IMG/VR virus record: IMGVR_UViG_3300024272_000023
Origin: a virus
Taxonomy: Duplodnaviria; Caudoviricetes
Length of the DNA: 64,000 bases
Strand: one strand, 5' to 3'
Of this stretch, positions 50,040 through 60,133 are shown one piece after another; the first letter of the stretch is position 1; each line of letters opens with the position of its first letter. The notes under the pieces were generated by a model that saw only the letters and a list, made by a program, of their open reading frames with translations, did no database searches and had not been told where the DNA came from. Both the position numbers and the translations under genes were made by a program.

Positions 50040-50050
50040 AGTAATGCACC

Positions 50051-50473
50051 TCAATCATTGAAATAGTCGTTGTTTAAATATGTTCCACGACAGAAAAGCA
50101 GGTCAGCATCTTTACGAAGCTGTTCGTCAAGCGCACGCATTTCTGCAAGCTGATTTGCTTGAGCATAGTACTTAGTTTCTTTGCCCGAATAGACCTGTTG
50201 TGTAAGCGTAACCGACCTAATCTGTGGAGCAAGCCAGCCGCGAACCATATGTATGGAAAGTATTTTCTGGTCTCTATCGGAGATGTCAAAGTTGAACTGC
50301 TTCAATTCTTCGTCTCTATCAGAGAAGTCATACTCGCCAACCACGGGTTCAACGATGGCATCCATTAGCCAATCGTGGAGCATAGTTTCGAGATCCTCTT
50401 CTGGCAATTGAGCTAAAAGAGGATCTGTAATTTGTGCCAGTGCACGGTCATACAATATTGTATAGGAAGTCAT
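50051..50473 (-). CDS. head-tail adaptor
   Basis: MTSY..LYD...QFNFDISDRDQKILS..M...WL, adaptor-like helical pattern; position. Confidence 0.65.
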   Translation of the reverse strand: MTSYTILYDRALAQITDPLLAQLPEEDLETMLHDWLMDAIVEPVVGEYDFSDRDEELKQFNFDISDRDQKILSIHMVRGWLAPQIRSVTLTQQVYSGKETKYYAQANQLAEMRALDEQLRKDADLLFCRGTYLNNDYFND

Positions 50474-50491
50474 CTAGGACACCTCCCTATA

Positions 50492-51049
50492 TTAGTTAAT
50501 CATCATCATCAGTTCCGTCTTCAGAGTTTCATCGATAGCTCTGATAATTCTAAGGTCGTAAAGCGTGCCATCCTGAATCATAGCATAAGCCATATTCTGC
50601 ACGGTAGTCTTCATACCTACAGGAAGTTTCTTAAGCTGAGCAATAAACTGTCTCTGAGGAAGTTTGAACATTGCCTTAACATCAATATCCTGAAGGTCAG
50701 CATAAAGTTTACCAAGGTCTGCCTTCCACTCTTCAACAATAGTCTCGTCCTCGATAATAATCATAGGCTCGAAAAGATACTTGTGACGCTGAGCCTTCCA
50801 GGACAGAAGGTCTTGGTATTCTACATCTGCAACATCACCCTCATTTAGCCATTTATATGGAGTATGAGTCTTAGGTCCAATAAGAATAAGCTCGCCGAAT
50901 TTAACACTTCTACAAGTGATATATTCATTAGGGTCGTGCTTAACGACCTTTGCGGTTTTCTTAGAGGTAGGTTCAGACTTAACTTCTTCAACGGTTTCAG
51001 TTTCGATAATCTCGTCAGTTTCAACTGTTGATTTTTTTGTATTTGCCAT
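50492..51049 (-). CDS. conserved protein downstream of the capsid gene
   Basis: AAAGGAG RBS, biased codon use, position. Confidence 0.6.
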   Translation of the reverse strand: MANTKKSTVETDEIIETETVEEVKSEPTSKKTAKVVKHDPNEYITCRSVKFGELILIGPKTHTPYKWLNEGDVADVEYQDLLSWKAQRHKYLFEPMIIIEDETIVEEWKADLGKLYADLQDIDVKAMFKLPQRQFIAQLKKLPVGMKTTVQNMAYAMIQDGTLYDLRIIRAIDETLKTELMMMIN

Positions 51050-51086
51050 AATAATTTCTCCTTTTTGTCTATATGTCAATTAAAGA

Positions 51087-52199
51087 TTATACAATCTCCC
51101 ATACTCCAAAGACGGTGTTAAGAATAACATTGATACCCATCTTATAGAGTACTTCGTACTCGTAGCTGAAATCTCTGTTAACATCTCTATCAGTAACCTG
51201 AGAAACCTGAGTTTCACCATAGTTAACAAGTTTGATGAAACGATTTGCTACGCTAGTAGGAATAATGTAAAGTCTATCGGTATCCATCTGATACTCAACA
51301 GATGCGCTGTTGATACCAGCACCTCTCTTAAGACCCTGACCGATTTCTGCAACAGCAAAGCCCTCGAAGTTGCCAAGAATACCTGCATTGTTGTAGTATT
51401 CCTTCTTAACTGACTCAGGAGCCCAATTTACATCAGCCATAGCAGTAAGAGAAGAAAGTGCGGTACGAGAACCGAAGATAGTAACCTCGGAATTGGTTGC
51501 CATAGAAATGTCCTGGCAAAGCTTTACAAGAGTTGTCTTGTTAGCGGCTTCAAGAGCACCGTTCTTAACCCAGTTTGCACCAAGGTTGTCCTTAGCGCCT
51601 CTAAGAGCTGCGTAAAGAGCATCGTAAAGATAACGGTTCATAGCCTCAGCAACCTTAGCAACGAAGGACGCCCAATCCTCAGCACCAGTGAGAATTCTTT
51701 CAAAATCAGAATAGATCTTTAAGCCATACCACTCACCAGCTACGGAGAAGTGTCTGCCTCCTGCAAGTCTCTGACGAATCATGTTGTGGTGGTTACCAGA
51801 AACCTTGGATACGCTAAGAATAGCGTCGTCTTCAACATAGAAGTCATTCTCGTCGCCGAGAGCAAGGTTCTTAACTTCAACGAACTGCATGAAGAAAGGA
51901 TTCTCCATCCAGCCAGTTATCATAAGTTCCTCGATAGTTTCCTCAATAAGAGTGAATACGAGATCCTTGTTAGCGCGAATTGCACGCTTGATTGCCTGAG
52001 GTCTGTCAGTAGGCTCAATACCAAGAGCAGCTCTGAACTTCTCAACAATCTTCTTATTAGCTTCCTTAGCGGAAACTTCCTTTACCTCGCCACGAGCAGC
52101 GTCGGAAAGGAGCTCACTGAAGTGAACGAGATTCTCATTGTCGTTCTCGAAAGCATTCTGAACAGTAGTATTAAAAGTCATTAAATTCTTCATAATCAT
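51087..52199 (-). CDS. major capsid protein
   Basis: 370 aa, strongest codon bias, FMQFVEVKNLALGD motif, follows the protease/scaffold gene. Confidence 0.85.
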   Translation of the reverse strand: MIMKNLMTFNTTVQNAFENDNENLVHFSELLSDAARGEVKEVSAKEANKKIVEKFRAALGIEPTDRPQAIKRAIRANKDLVFTLIEETIEELMITGWMENPFFMQFVEVKNLALGDENDFYVEDDAILSVSKVSGNHHNMIRQRLAGGRHFSVAGEWYGLKIYSDFERILTGAEDWASFVAKVAEAMNRYLYDALYAALRGAKDNLGANWVKNGALEAANKTTLVKLCQDISMATNSEVTIFGSRTALSSLTAMADVNWAPESVKKEYYNNAGILGNFEGFAVAEIGQGLKRGAGINSASVEYQMDTDRLYIIPTSVANRFIKLVNYGETQVSQVTDRDVNRDFSYEYEVLYKMGINVILNTVFGVWEIV

Positions 52200-52216
52200 T
52201 TCCTCCTTTCACTTAA

Positions 52217-52687
52217 TTACGCAACAGTGTAACCGTCAGCATAAGATACGGTAGCTCCAATTGCGGGAACCTCGCCGCCAAATGCGTCAACAGATACGGT
52301 AAATACATCGTGCTTGTACATAGGGTACATTCTTGCTCTGTCACCCTCTGCATTGTAGTAGTTTGCGATATCCTGATATACCTTCAAGAAATCGTTAGGC
52401 ATAGTTTCGGGATTGTGAACGAAATAGCCCTCGCAGTCCTTGGTAAGCTCAAATCTAACCATAGTGCGACCAGGGTGATTAACAATCTCAATTACCTTTG
52501 CTTCAAATTCGCCAGCGAAGTCGCTAACAGTGTAGTACTCGCCTGCCTTGTACGCGCCAACAGCAACGATTTCGCCGTTGTCTCTGTCCTTATCCATCTC
52601 ACCAGAGAGGATATGACCTGTGCCATAAACAGCAGAAACTCTAGAAATTTCTGCGACCCAGTGCTTATTTAAAAGATCCTGTGCCAT
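52217..52687 (-). CDS. capsid decoration / minor head protein
   Basis: 156 aa between scaffold and capsid genes, DNGEIVAVG motif, high-expression codons. Confidence 0.6.
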   Translation of the reverse strand: MAQDLLNKHWVAEISRVSAVYGTGHILSGEMDKDRDNGEIVAVGAYKAGEYYTVSDFAGEFEAKVIEIVNHPGRTMVRFELTKDCEGYFVHNPETMPNDFLKVYQDIANYYNAEGDRARMYPMYKHDVFTVSVDAFGGEVPAIGATVSYADGYTVA

Positions 52688-52782
52688 AAGTTTTTCCTCC
52701 TAAAAATAAATTTTGTTTTTAATTTGATATTAAAAAAGAGCATCTTTTTAAACACCCTTAGTTTAATCATTTTGTGTTGTAA

Positions 52783-53676
52783 TTAATCAAAAAGCTTACC
52801 ATAAGCCTTTTTCTTCTTGTCGTTCTTCGTTTCTACACTGAAACCAAGAACCTTCGGCTTCTTCTTGCCGTCATCCTGAACACTAAACTCCATCTTAGAC
52901 TTCATATGTGCGGCAAAGATAAGATCTGCCTTTGTAGAGATTTCCTCAACAGAATAGTTGTCCATCTCGGTTCTAAGCTGTGCAAACTCGGCGTTGTCAG
53001 CAAGACACTCATATTCTGCCTTGTCGAGAATATCAGTCTTCTTAGCCTTAACAACGGAAGCGTCATACGTTTCCTTGAAGGCTTTTAGTTCATTATACTG
53101 AACTTCAAGAGCAGAATAATCTTCTCTCAACTTCTCGATGGCAAGTTTCTCAGACTCAGAAACAATAATCTCAAACATTTCCTGTCTGTCGCCTTCAAGA
53201 GCAACGTTTTCACCATCTACAGTATATCCAACCTTATACAATTTGTTATTGCACCATCCCTGCATATAGAAGTAATTATCATATACAGATCTAATGCTAT
53301 ACCATTCATTATCTTCCTCTTCATATACACGGATAAGATTATACAGAGCGTATCTCACGTCCTCATGAGACAACTCCACGGTAAATGTCTTCGTAAACTT
53401 TTCGGGTTCACCAACATCGCCATCCGCATCGTCTGTATCATCATTATTGTCTGCGTCATCGGAAGAGCCGTCATCGCTACTACTTGCTTCACCATCAGAG
53501 CCATCATCAGAACCATCGTTTCCAGCATTGTCGTCCGTAGCATTATCACCATTGCCATCCTCAAATACTTCTTTAAACTTTGCCTCAAGCTCTTCATCAG
53601 AAAGGCCTTCGACGTCAAATGTCACATCTTCAACGGTTTTACCGTATTTTTCAAGTAAAGTTTCAAAAATATTCAT
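52783..53676 (-). CDS. probable nested in-frame scaffold protein
   Basis: Internal AAAGGAGG 10 nt upstream of an in-frame ATG at 53676 (MNIFETLL...). Confidence 0.55.
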   Translation of the reverse strand: MNIFETLLEKYGKTVEDVTFDVEGLSDEELEAKFKEVFEDGNGDNATDDNAGNDGSDDGSDGEASSSDDGSSDDADNNDDTDDADGDVGEPEKFTKTFTVELSHEDVRYALYNLIRVYEEEDNEWYSIRSVYDNYFYMQGWCNNKLYKVGYTVDGENVALEGDRQEMFEIIVSESEKLAIEKLREDYSALEVQYNELKAFKETYDASVVKAKKTDILDKAEYECLADNAEFAQLRTEMDNYSVEEISTKADLIFAAHMKSKMEFSVQDDGKKKPKVLGFSVETKNDKKKKAYGKLFD

Positions 53677-54465
53677 TTCAACATTTCCTCCTTTCTGTAT
53701 ATTTGTATTGAAATTAGCCAAAGTTGTATTTAACCTGTCTAAAACCTCAATCATTTTGTTTTGATAGATAAATATCGGATCTTTATGGCAGAAATCAGAA
53801 ATATCTGCCCTCGCGCCCAACATTCCTTCTCCTATTTCGTTACCATCTTCATCACAGCCAAGTAGTGTTGTACCATTAAAATAGAAATCCGTTAAATCAA
53901 GATATTTTTCCTTGGCATTATAAGCAAGCTCATTAATAACTAACTCGCAACTTACTTTAGTGCCATTTTTTCTACGAATAATATCTGCAGCAGAAGTATA
54001 ATCCTCAGGAATAACTGCATAAGCCATCACATAAGTCTTATCCATATCCTTATCATACTCAAGCCAAGGCTCTTCTGCAGTAAAACATCCAACCTGTTTT
54101 TCCATATAATGAAATTCAGTTTCACCATTTTCATTTTCTATAATTTCAACATTGTGAGCATAAAAATCCTCTGTGCCATCTGGTAACGTATGTATATACG
54201 CAAGTATTGGACGATATTTTAATGTAGGCATTGCCTTTTCCATATTTTCTTGAGAAATATGCGAACCATTCCTATTAGTTTCTATATGACATACCTTAAG
54301 CTTTAATTTAAGCATCCCCGGCATATCATCATTAGTAGATTCAAAAAATCCATTAGTTTTAACAACAATTGGGTTGCCATACTCTTTTGAACTAAAATTT
54401 ACAGATTTGTTCTGTTCTACAAAGAACTGATATAAACTATCAAGCGTTAAAATTTGCTTATTCAC
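52783..54465 (-). CDS. prohead protease / scaffold polyprotein
   Basis: HIETNRNGSHIS, LKYRPILAY, KVSCEL and GTTLLG protease-like N-terminal half; acidic linker; coiled-coil C-terminal half. Confidence 0.75.
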   Translation of the reverse strand: MNKQILTLDSLYQFFVEQNKSVNFSSKEYGNPIVVKTNGFFESTNDDMPGMLKLKLKVCHIETNRNGSHISQENMEKAMPTLKYRPILAYIHTLPDGTEDFYAHNVEIIENENGETEFHYMEKQVGCFTAEEPWLEYDKDMDKTYVMAYAVIPEDYTSAADIIRRKNGTKVSCELVINELAYNAKEKYLDLTDFYFNGTTLLGCDEDGNEIGEGMLGARADISDFCHKDPIFIYQNKMIEVLDRLNTTLANFNTNIQKGGNVEMNIFETLLEKYGKTVEDVTFDVEGLSDEELEAKFKEVFEDGNGDNATDDNAGNDGSDDGSDGEASSSDDGSSDDADNNDDTDDADGDVGEPEKFTKTFTVELSHEDVRYALYNLIRVYEEEDNEWYSIRSVYDNYFYMQGWCNNKLYKVGYTVDGENVALEGDRQEMFEIIVSESEKLAIEKLREDYSALEVQYNELKAFKETYDASVVKAKKTDILDKAEYECLADNAEFAQLRTEMDNYSVEEISTKADLIFAAHMKSKMEFSVQDDGKKKPKVLGFSVETKNDKKKKAYGKLFD

Positions 54466-54533
54466 TGTTTTATCCTCCTTTCGTGTAAATTTTATATGTA
54501 AATCCTCACAAAAAGGATATTACAGTAAAGTTG

Positions 54534-55232
54534 TTAATTGTTGGAGATGTATTTCCACACAAATCCTCCTGCAGTCTTATACTTATTTTTTAAACACGCT
54601 GATATATTGCTGCGATTGATATGTAAAGTTTCTCCCGCACTTTTGACAGAGTCCCATTCTCGAATAAAAATGTTATCTTTGGTGTATTGTGCAATTCTTT
54701 TCTTATGTGCGTTACCATTGTTTTTACGCCAAACATCCGTGCAATATTGTACTGCAAGTTCGCTGTGTCGTCGCCTCTTCTCGTCCGTCCAATAATTTTT
54801 ATTTGATTCGCTAATTTTGCGACGAGTTTCTTCTGTTCGTGGTTTACCATAATTAATATTATTTTCACCTAGATGCGATTCTCTCATTTTTTGACGTATT
54901 TCTTCTGAAATACTTGTACCAATATGAAGTTCCCTTTGCATATTACTAAATACAATGCGGGCCTCCTCATATTCCTCAGAGGTAATTTCAACCCTCCCAA
55001 TATGAGACATCATCCACCACGCACAGGTTAATTTGTTGTTTTCAGGATTCTCTTGCGCCAAAAGTTTATGTGCAACAAAATGCTCTCGTGCTAACAAATC
55101 AATTAGATTGCCATCATCATCTGTGCCGCCAAGACATTTTGGTACAATATGATGCCTTTCATGATATGTTTCGTCGCAAACAAAACGTCCGCGAGTGTCT
55201 AAAATATTTTGTATAAATTCTGCATAACTCAT
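54534..55232 (-). CDS. free-standing HNH homing endonuclease with NUMOD3/NUMOD1 DNA-binding repeats
   Basis: ERHHIVPKCLGG...NLIDL.AREHFVAHKLL; SEEIRQKMRES and TEETRRKISES; IAQYTKD...WDS...ISACL...KTAGGFVWKY. Confidence 0.85.
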   Translation of the reverse strand: MSYAEFIQNILDTRGRFVCDETYHERHHIVPKCLGGTDDDGNLIDLLAREHFVAHKLLAQENPENNKLTCAWWMMSHIGRVEITSEEYEEARIVFSNMQRELHIGTSISEEIRQKMRESHLGENNINYGKPRTEETRRKISESNKNYWTDEKRRRHSELAVQYCTDVWRKNNGNAHKKRIAQYTKDNIFIREWDSVKSAGETLHINRSNISACLKNKYKTAGGFVWKYISNN

Positions 55233-55273
55233 AATTATTTCCTCCAAATACTTTTCAAAATAAAAAACAGAAA

Positions 55274-55447
55274 TCAGTGTTTTCTTGACTTCCATTCTGT
55301 TAATAAATTATTCAATTGCTCATTGCCGTTAAATACCCAATATTTTTTGTTGGTGGATGGGTGTATTCCTGCAACAATTGAAGCCTGTCCATTGGCAATC
55401 AAAAATTCTTTTAGTGGATAACTGTAACAATAAAAATACTTATCCAT
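55274..55447 (-). CDS. DUF5659-like 57-aa protein (not in the supplied ORF track)
   Basis: MDKYFYCYSYPLKEFLIANG...HPSTNKKYWVF...LNNLLTEW; AGGAG RBS. Confidence 0.7.
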   Translation of the reverse strand: MDKYFYCYSYPLKEFLIANGQASIVAGIHPSTNKKYWVFNGNEQLNNLLTEWKSRKH

Positions 55448-55479
55448 AATAAATCTTCTCCTATAATCATTTTGTGTTG

Positions 55480-55662
55480 TTAAATACTTAAAATATTATC
55501 ATATACAATCTTGGTCTGATCCACGGATTCAAAAGTTAGATTCTGCGGAACTTCATTTAAAAATGTATAGACACTGCCAATATGCGAAACAAGTTTAAAA
55601 TTTAATGCTATCAACTTGCTCGCAGTTTCACCATCTGTCGTTTTAATAAATTTCTTCTCCAT
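55480..55662 (-). CDS. small protein, DUF5659-like
   Basis: KFIKTTDGETASKLIALNFKLV...YTFLN; GAGGTGG RBS. Confidence 0.6.
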   Translation of the reverse strand: MEKKFIKTTDGETASKLIALNFKLVSHIGSVYTFLNEVPQNLTFESVDQTKIVYDNILSI

Positions 55663-55674
55663 AATACCACCTCA

Positions 55675-56304
55675 TTACTCAACAACTTCGACAGCAGTCA
55701 AAGCTCCAGTATCATCTACTGTAATTCTAAACTTCTTTGTACTGCCATCGGTAGTAGAATTTAAAATCATCGCATTCGCCACCGCATTGTTAACGTATGT
55801 TTCAGAGGCAAGCCCAGCAACACTAGGTATCGTAGGTTTGTTGGTTAAATCATTATAATTACCGCTGAAATTAGATTTTGCATTCCAGGTAGCCTTTTCT
55901 GTGTCAGTAACAACTCTGTGGGTAGCATCCTCCGCTAAACCCGCCAAAGTTGTAGGAATAGTTGTTGTGTCGGGTAAAGCCTTTACATCCACTGCACTTA
56001 GCGTAATATTTCCACTCAAGGCTTTGCCATTAACCATACGAGATGTAGGAACTGCGCCCACATCAGAAGCGTCAAGAGAAATGTTTGAACTTAATGGTTT
56101 GTTGTTAATAGTCGTTGTCTTATCAACCTTGTTACCAAGTGTGGTCTCCATCTCGCCTAATGAATTAAATTCCTCGGAAGCACTACCAATAACCTCGTCT
56201 ACCGCTTCTTTTACATACGACTCCACATCAATATCTCCAACTGCTGCCTGAGCGATTGCTTTATCGGTATACTTTTTAGCAACTGCTAATGTAACTAAAT
56301 CCAT
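55675..56304 (-). CDS. short fibre protein (possible head fibre)
   Basis: MDLVTLAVAKKYTD anchor; two INNKPLSSNISL / VNGKALSGNITL T4-gp34-like repeats; FSGNYNDLTNKP. Confidence 0.6.
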   Translation of the reverse strand: MDLVTLAVAKKYTDKAIAQAAVGDIDVESYVKEAVDEVIGSASEEFNSLGEMETTLGNKVDKTTTINNKPLSSNISLDASDVGAVPTSRMVNGKALSGNITLSAVDVKALPDTTTIPTTLAGLAEDATHRVVTDTEKATWNAKSNFSGNYNDLTNKPTIPSVAGLASETYVNNAVANAMILNSTTDGSTKKFRITVDDTGALTAVEVVE

Positions 56305-56315
56305 ACAATCACCCC

Positions 56316-56543
56316 TTATAGCTTAATCCAACCAGCCTCTGTAAGCATAAATGCATTGCCGGAACTAGGGCAGAATGCCTCGCTACCAACAGAAAACTTA
56401 TCATGATTTTGGAGAGGTGTTTTTGTGGAATCTACTTTATTAATGGGAAGGGCATCAACCTCGGTATCATTCTCAAGAATGATGGACGCAAAGTTACTTG
56501 AAAGACCCTGTCCTCCAAATTGTTTAATTGTAGCCATAATCAT
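56316..56543 (-). CDS. small structural accessory protein
   Basis: EVDALP...VGSEAF...AFML...GWIKL module; directly after the portal gene. Confidence 0.55.
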   Translation of the reverse strand: MIMATIKQFGGQGLSSNFASIILENDTEVDALPINKVDSTKTPLQNHDKFSVGSEAFCPSSGNAFMLTEAGWIKL

Positions 56544-56558
56544 TATCTCCTGTAATTA

Positions 56559-58070
56559 TTAATTGTCGTTTTTATTTTGGTCTCTATCCTCAAGACCTTC
56601 ATCACTCAGCTCTCCCTCAGACTTTTCAGGAGCACCTCCTTCGCCACCTATACCACTCTGAGTGTTCGAAGAAACAAGCGGATTTACCCATCGCTCTGTA
56701 CCTAATTTTAGGAGTTGTCTTTCAAGGAAGTCCATACCAAAGCTCTCCTGAGGATTAGCTCCAGCCATCGCCGCAAGTTTTGTCTTGACAGGAAGACCCA
56801 AGCCTGCCAATTTCGTCATCTTTTCAATTTCGTCATCCATAAAGTAAGGCGAAATATCAGAATACTCAACTGCAATAGTCTCAACATTGTAATTATACTT
56901 TAAGTAAAACTTCAACCACGCATTTAACTGAGGTGTCATACTCATAGCATCCTCACACTCTGCCTTGAGTGCCAATTTAAACGATTGGCTATTTGTAATT
57001 TTGTTAGAGTTCAAGATAATAGAACCATTAGCCTCGATAAGATTCATATACGCTTTACTAAGAACATTAACATCACTAGCATCATTATCTTTAAACTCAA
57101 TAACATCCAAGTCTAAAGGAGAAAGTGCAGTTGTTACATTTTCAGGCAATGCGTCATTAACCTTTCTCATAAATGCTAATGCCAAATCTAAATCCACCAC
57201 AAAGTCATCTGGGTTTTTTGAACCACTAATAGTGTCAAGTTTACCCCAAATCATTTTATAGTTTGCCAATGAGTCAATCTCGTCTTGTGCTGCCTGTAAG
57301 TCAGTAACAGAAATTACCTGTTCCATCAGGCCTGAAAGTGGAGGAATAGAATAATCGAGGTTATCGGGATCTACCTTGAGACAAAATGTTTTTTCAATAG
57401 GAAGTTGCTTCCATTTAATATTATCCCTTGTAAATTCGTTATAAAGAGTAGTAAACACTTCATCATAATATTCCAACTGCTCCTCATTACCTCTAAAATA
57501 TGACATATCAAATAAGAAACCGGGTACGCCATTATCAAATGACGCGCACGATATTTTGCAACGGTCTGGATCTAACGGGTGGATATAAAAACTTCCTTCA
57601 CCCTCTGGATCTCCATAACAAAAACCATATGCTACACCGTGTTTCCACGCGAGAAGATTCATCTTGAGTATCTGAGATTTCATATTCATATTAGCAACAA
57701 TATCAACAACGCGCCCATATTCCTTGAGAATAGACTCTTCGTCATTCTCCTCAATCATACTAACAATGGGATAAGCGCTCCAAACCTTACAATTCATTTG
57801 ATGCGCCTTAAATCTAATCATACGACGATATACATGAGAAATTGTATAAAGATAATTACTAAGTTTCCTCAAGTTGTTGTTATTTGATTCAGTAGCAGGG
57901 TTTCTTAAATATGTCCTAAGTGTCTCTCTACTATAAGTTGTAGTTGTTCTATTCGGAATTTTTTCTGGATTAAACAATTGTAAAACATTCTTCAATTCTT
58001 CGGCGAACTGCTTTATTTGTTGTCTTTTTTCGTCTTCTTTTAACTTTGTAATTTGCTCTTTAGTTTCCAC
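56559..58070 (-). CDS. portal protein
   Basis: 503 aa after the terminase; LRKLSNYLY...YRRMI, IHPLDPDRCKI, PLVSSNTQSG...GAPEK C-terminus. Confidence 0.85.
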   Translation of the reverse strand: METKEQITKLKEDEKRQQIKQFAEELKNVLQLFNPEKIPNRTTTTYSRETLRTYLRNPATESNNNNLRKLSNYLYTISHVYRRMIRFKAHQMNCKVWSAYPIVSMIEENDEESILKEYGRVVDIVANMNMKSQILKMNLLAWKHGVAYGFCYGDPEGEGSFYIHPLDPDRCKISCASFDNGVPGFLFDMSYFRGNEEQLEYYDEVFTTLYNEFTRDNIKWKQLPIEKTFCLKVDPDNLDYSIPPLSGLMEQVISVTDLQAAQDEIDSLANYKMIWGKLDTISGSKNPDDFVVDLDLALAFMRKVNDALPENVTTALSPLDLDVIEFKDNDASDVNVLSKAYMNLIEANGSIILNSNKITNSQSFKLALKAECEDAMSMTPQLNAWLKFYLKYNYNVETIAVEYSDISPYFMDDEIEKMTKLAGLGLPVKTKLAAMAGANPQESFGMDFLERQLLKLGTERWVNPLVSSNTQSGIGGEGGAPEKSEGELSDEGLEDRDQNKNDN

Positions 58071-58088
58071 GGCACTTCACCATCCTTT

Positions 58089-60119
58089 CTATCCGAAAAT
58101 TCTATCAATGTGTTTTCCATTAGAAACTACAAATTTAGAAAGCACTTCTTGTGTACTTCCTATGTTTCTTTTTTTATTCTTAATATGTTCCAATCTTCGT
58201 TCGGATAAATACCAGCCAAGCATCGCTAGCACATAAGCACGGTCATCGTGCATAGTAGCTTCACTTGCGCCCGTATCTGCATCCTTGTGTGCCGGTAATT
58301 TAAAAGCATCTTTACCAGAATCACGTTTTGTTCTGCATATATTAACTATTTCTTCTTTCATTGCATCTATCTGTACGAGAGCAACCTCTTCGTCCACCGA
58401 TAGTTTATATAACGTTGTTTTAGCTGCATCAATCATAGACAACTGTTCCTCTAGTTGTTCCTCATATGCATTAACACTTAAATTCTTTTTGTCTAATTTC
58501 TCTCTGATGGCAAGCTCAGAGCGTTCCATCAGACCTTTATCCACCTCAAGAATATTTAAATACCCTTTATTGTCATATTTCTCGGGAAATGTTATCTTAT
58601 TAGCCTCTACCATTTTGATAAGTGCTTCATACATCTCCGACTTGTATTTTGACGGCTCAATAAGTTTTAACTTATCAATCGCCTCTGGGAAACGACCAAT
58701 ATACTCGGGTGCATACTCTTTATCAATAAGCCCACGATGCTCCTTGCCAGATTTATCAATCCAATTCTCAATTAACGAGTCTCTAACCCATGAATTACCG
58801 CCTCCGCCAGAACCCGCGTCGGCTAGCAAAACTTCTATATTCTCATAGTCAATGATATCACCGTTATAATTAATTAATGCTTCTCTGATTTCTCTTATCT
58901 GATCTTGATACATCATAGGAGTTCTACGCCTTAAACCCAAATCAGAAAAAGATATACAATTGACAATATCCATTGTATAACCATCTTCTTCATTATATTT
59001 AAGTTCGCCAATTCCCAGTATAGAGTTGTCGGTGTTTCGTGCAGGGTCATATGCGAGCACGAATTTTCTCTGATTATTATCATTACAAAGTACTGGTGGC
59101 CTTGTATAAGAGTTTCTTACAATTAAAGCTCTCTTAATAATTTGACCAACACCGCCGTCCTGAGTAAATCTATTATAATACTCTCTTAATGCTTTTTCTG
59201 GATTATTACGCATTTCCGTATCCACAGTTTCTTTATTCAAAAGAGATGCCGGATATAATTTTCCTCTAAAGGTAGCATTAATAACAATGTCACAGTTTAT
59301 ATCCGCCACAAAATATCTGGGGTCTCCAAGAAACATCTTTTTGCTAAAGTCTCTATACTTATTGTAAAACGAAGTATCAACAGACGAAGCCGAAGAAGCA
59401 TATAAAAGCTGATGAGGAAACTCACTAGGGAGTGCGGAGATATCAATGTCTCCACCAAGTTTAAAATTACTGTTTAACGCCGTAAAAGCGCCAATAACAT
59501 TAAACACCTCTTCAGAGAGCCATCCACCCTCGTCAAAGATTACAGATTCGCAACGTTTACCTCTTTTTGCATCGATATTACTATTCAACGTCTTTACAAA
59601 AGATCCATTATACAGTGAATAAGTAAATCCCATAGGGTTATGAATAAATCCATTTGAAGATGATTGAGAAATCTCAACCTCATTCTTAAACACATCTGTC
59701 AAGCCCGTCATTGATTCTATATTCTTCAAGGCTATATCTTCAATTTTCTTGAATGTCTCTTGAGACTGGTCTGCCGTTCCTGAACAAATATAAATTCTGT
59801 AATTGTTAAATAGCAAACCTTTCATCATAGAATAGAGAGCTAACATGGTCGTCTTACCTGCAGCTCTCGACTCAAGCCATAATGCAAATGGCTTTGTCCA
59901 AGAGTTCATAAAAACATATTCTTGGGCATCAAGCAAATCAACACCAAGAAAAATGGACATAAATTTAGTGGGGTTTCGTATGCCCCACTGTTTTATTTCG
60001 GCTAATTTTTGATATCCCTCTAATTTGCGCTGAGACATATCATTATCCGAAGGTTTAATATAAATTGAATAATTTTTAGGAATAATTATTTCTTTAGATG
60101 GAAGAATTATTTCACTCAT
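58089..60119 (-). CDS. terL: terminase large subunit
   Basis: Walker A SRAAGKT, Walker B VIFDE, RNase-H-like AYDPA and HDDRAY. Confidence 0.9.
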   Translation of the reverse strand: MSEIILPSKEIIIPKNYSIYIKPSDNDMSQRKLEGYQKLAEIKQWGIRNPTKFMSIFLGVDLLDAQEYVFMNSWTKPFALWLESRAAGKTTMLALYSMMKGLLFNNYRIYICSGTADQSQETFKKIEDIALKNIESMTGLTDVFKNEVEISQSSSNGFIHNPMGFTYSLYNGSFVKTLNSNIDAKRGKRCESVIFDEGGWLSEEVFNVIGAFTALNSNFKLGGDIDISALPSEFPHQLLYASSASSVDTSFYNKYRDFSKKMFLGDPRYFVADINCDIVINATFRGKLYPASLLNKETVDTEMRNNPEKALREYYNRFTQDGGVGQIIKRALIVRNSYTRPPVLCNDNNQRKFVLAYDPARNTDNSILGIGELKYNEEDGYTMDIVNCISFSDLGLRRRTPMMYQDQIREIREALINYNGDIIDYENIEVLLADAGSGGGGNSWVRDSLIENWIDKSGKEHRGLIDKEYAPEYIGRFPEAIDKLKLIEPSKYKSEMYEALIKMVEANKITFPEKYDNKGYLNILEVDKGLMERSELAIREKLDKKNLSVNAYEEQLEEQLSMIDAAKTTLYKLSVDEEVALVQIDAMKEEIVNICRTKRDSGKDAFKLPAHKDADTGASEATMHDDRAYVLAMLGWYLSERRLEHIKNKKRNIGSTQEVLSKFVVSNGKHIDRIFG

Positions 60120-60133
60120 TTATGCCACCATCC

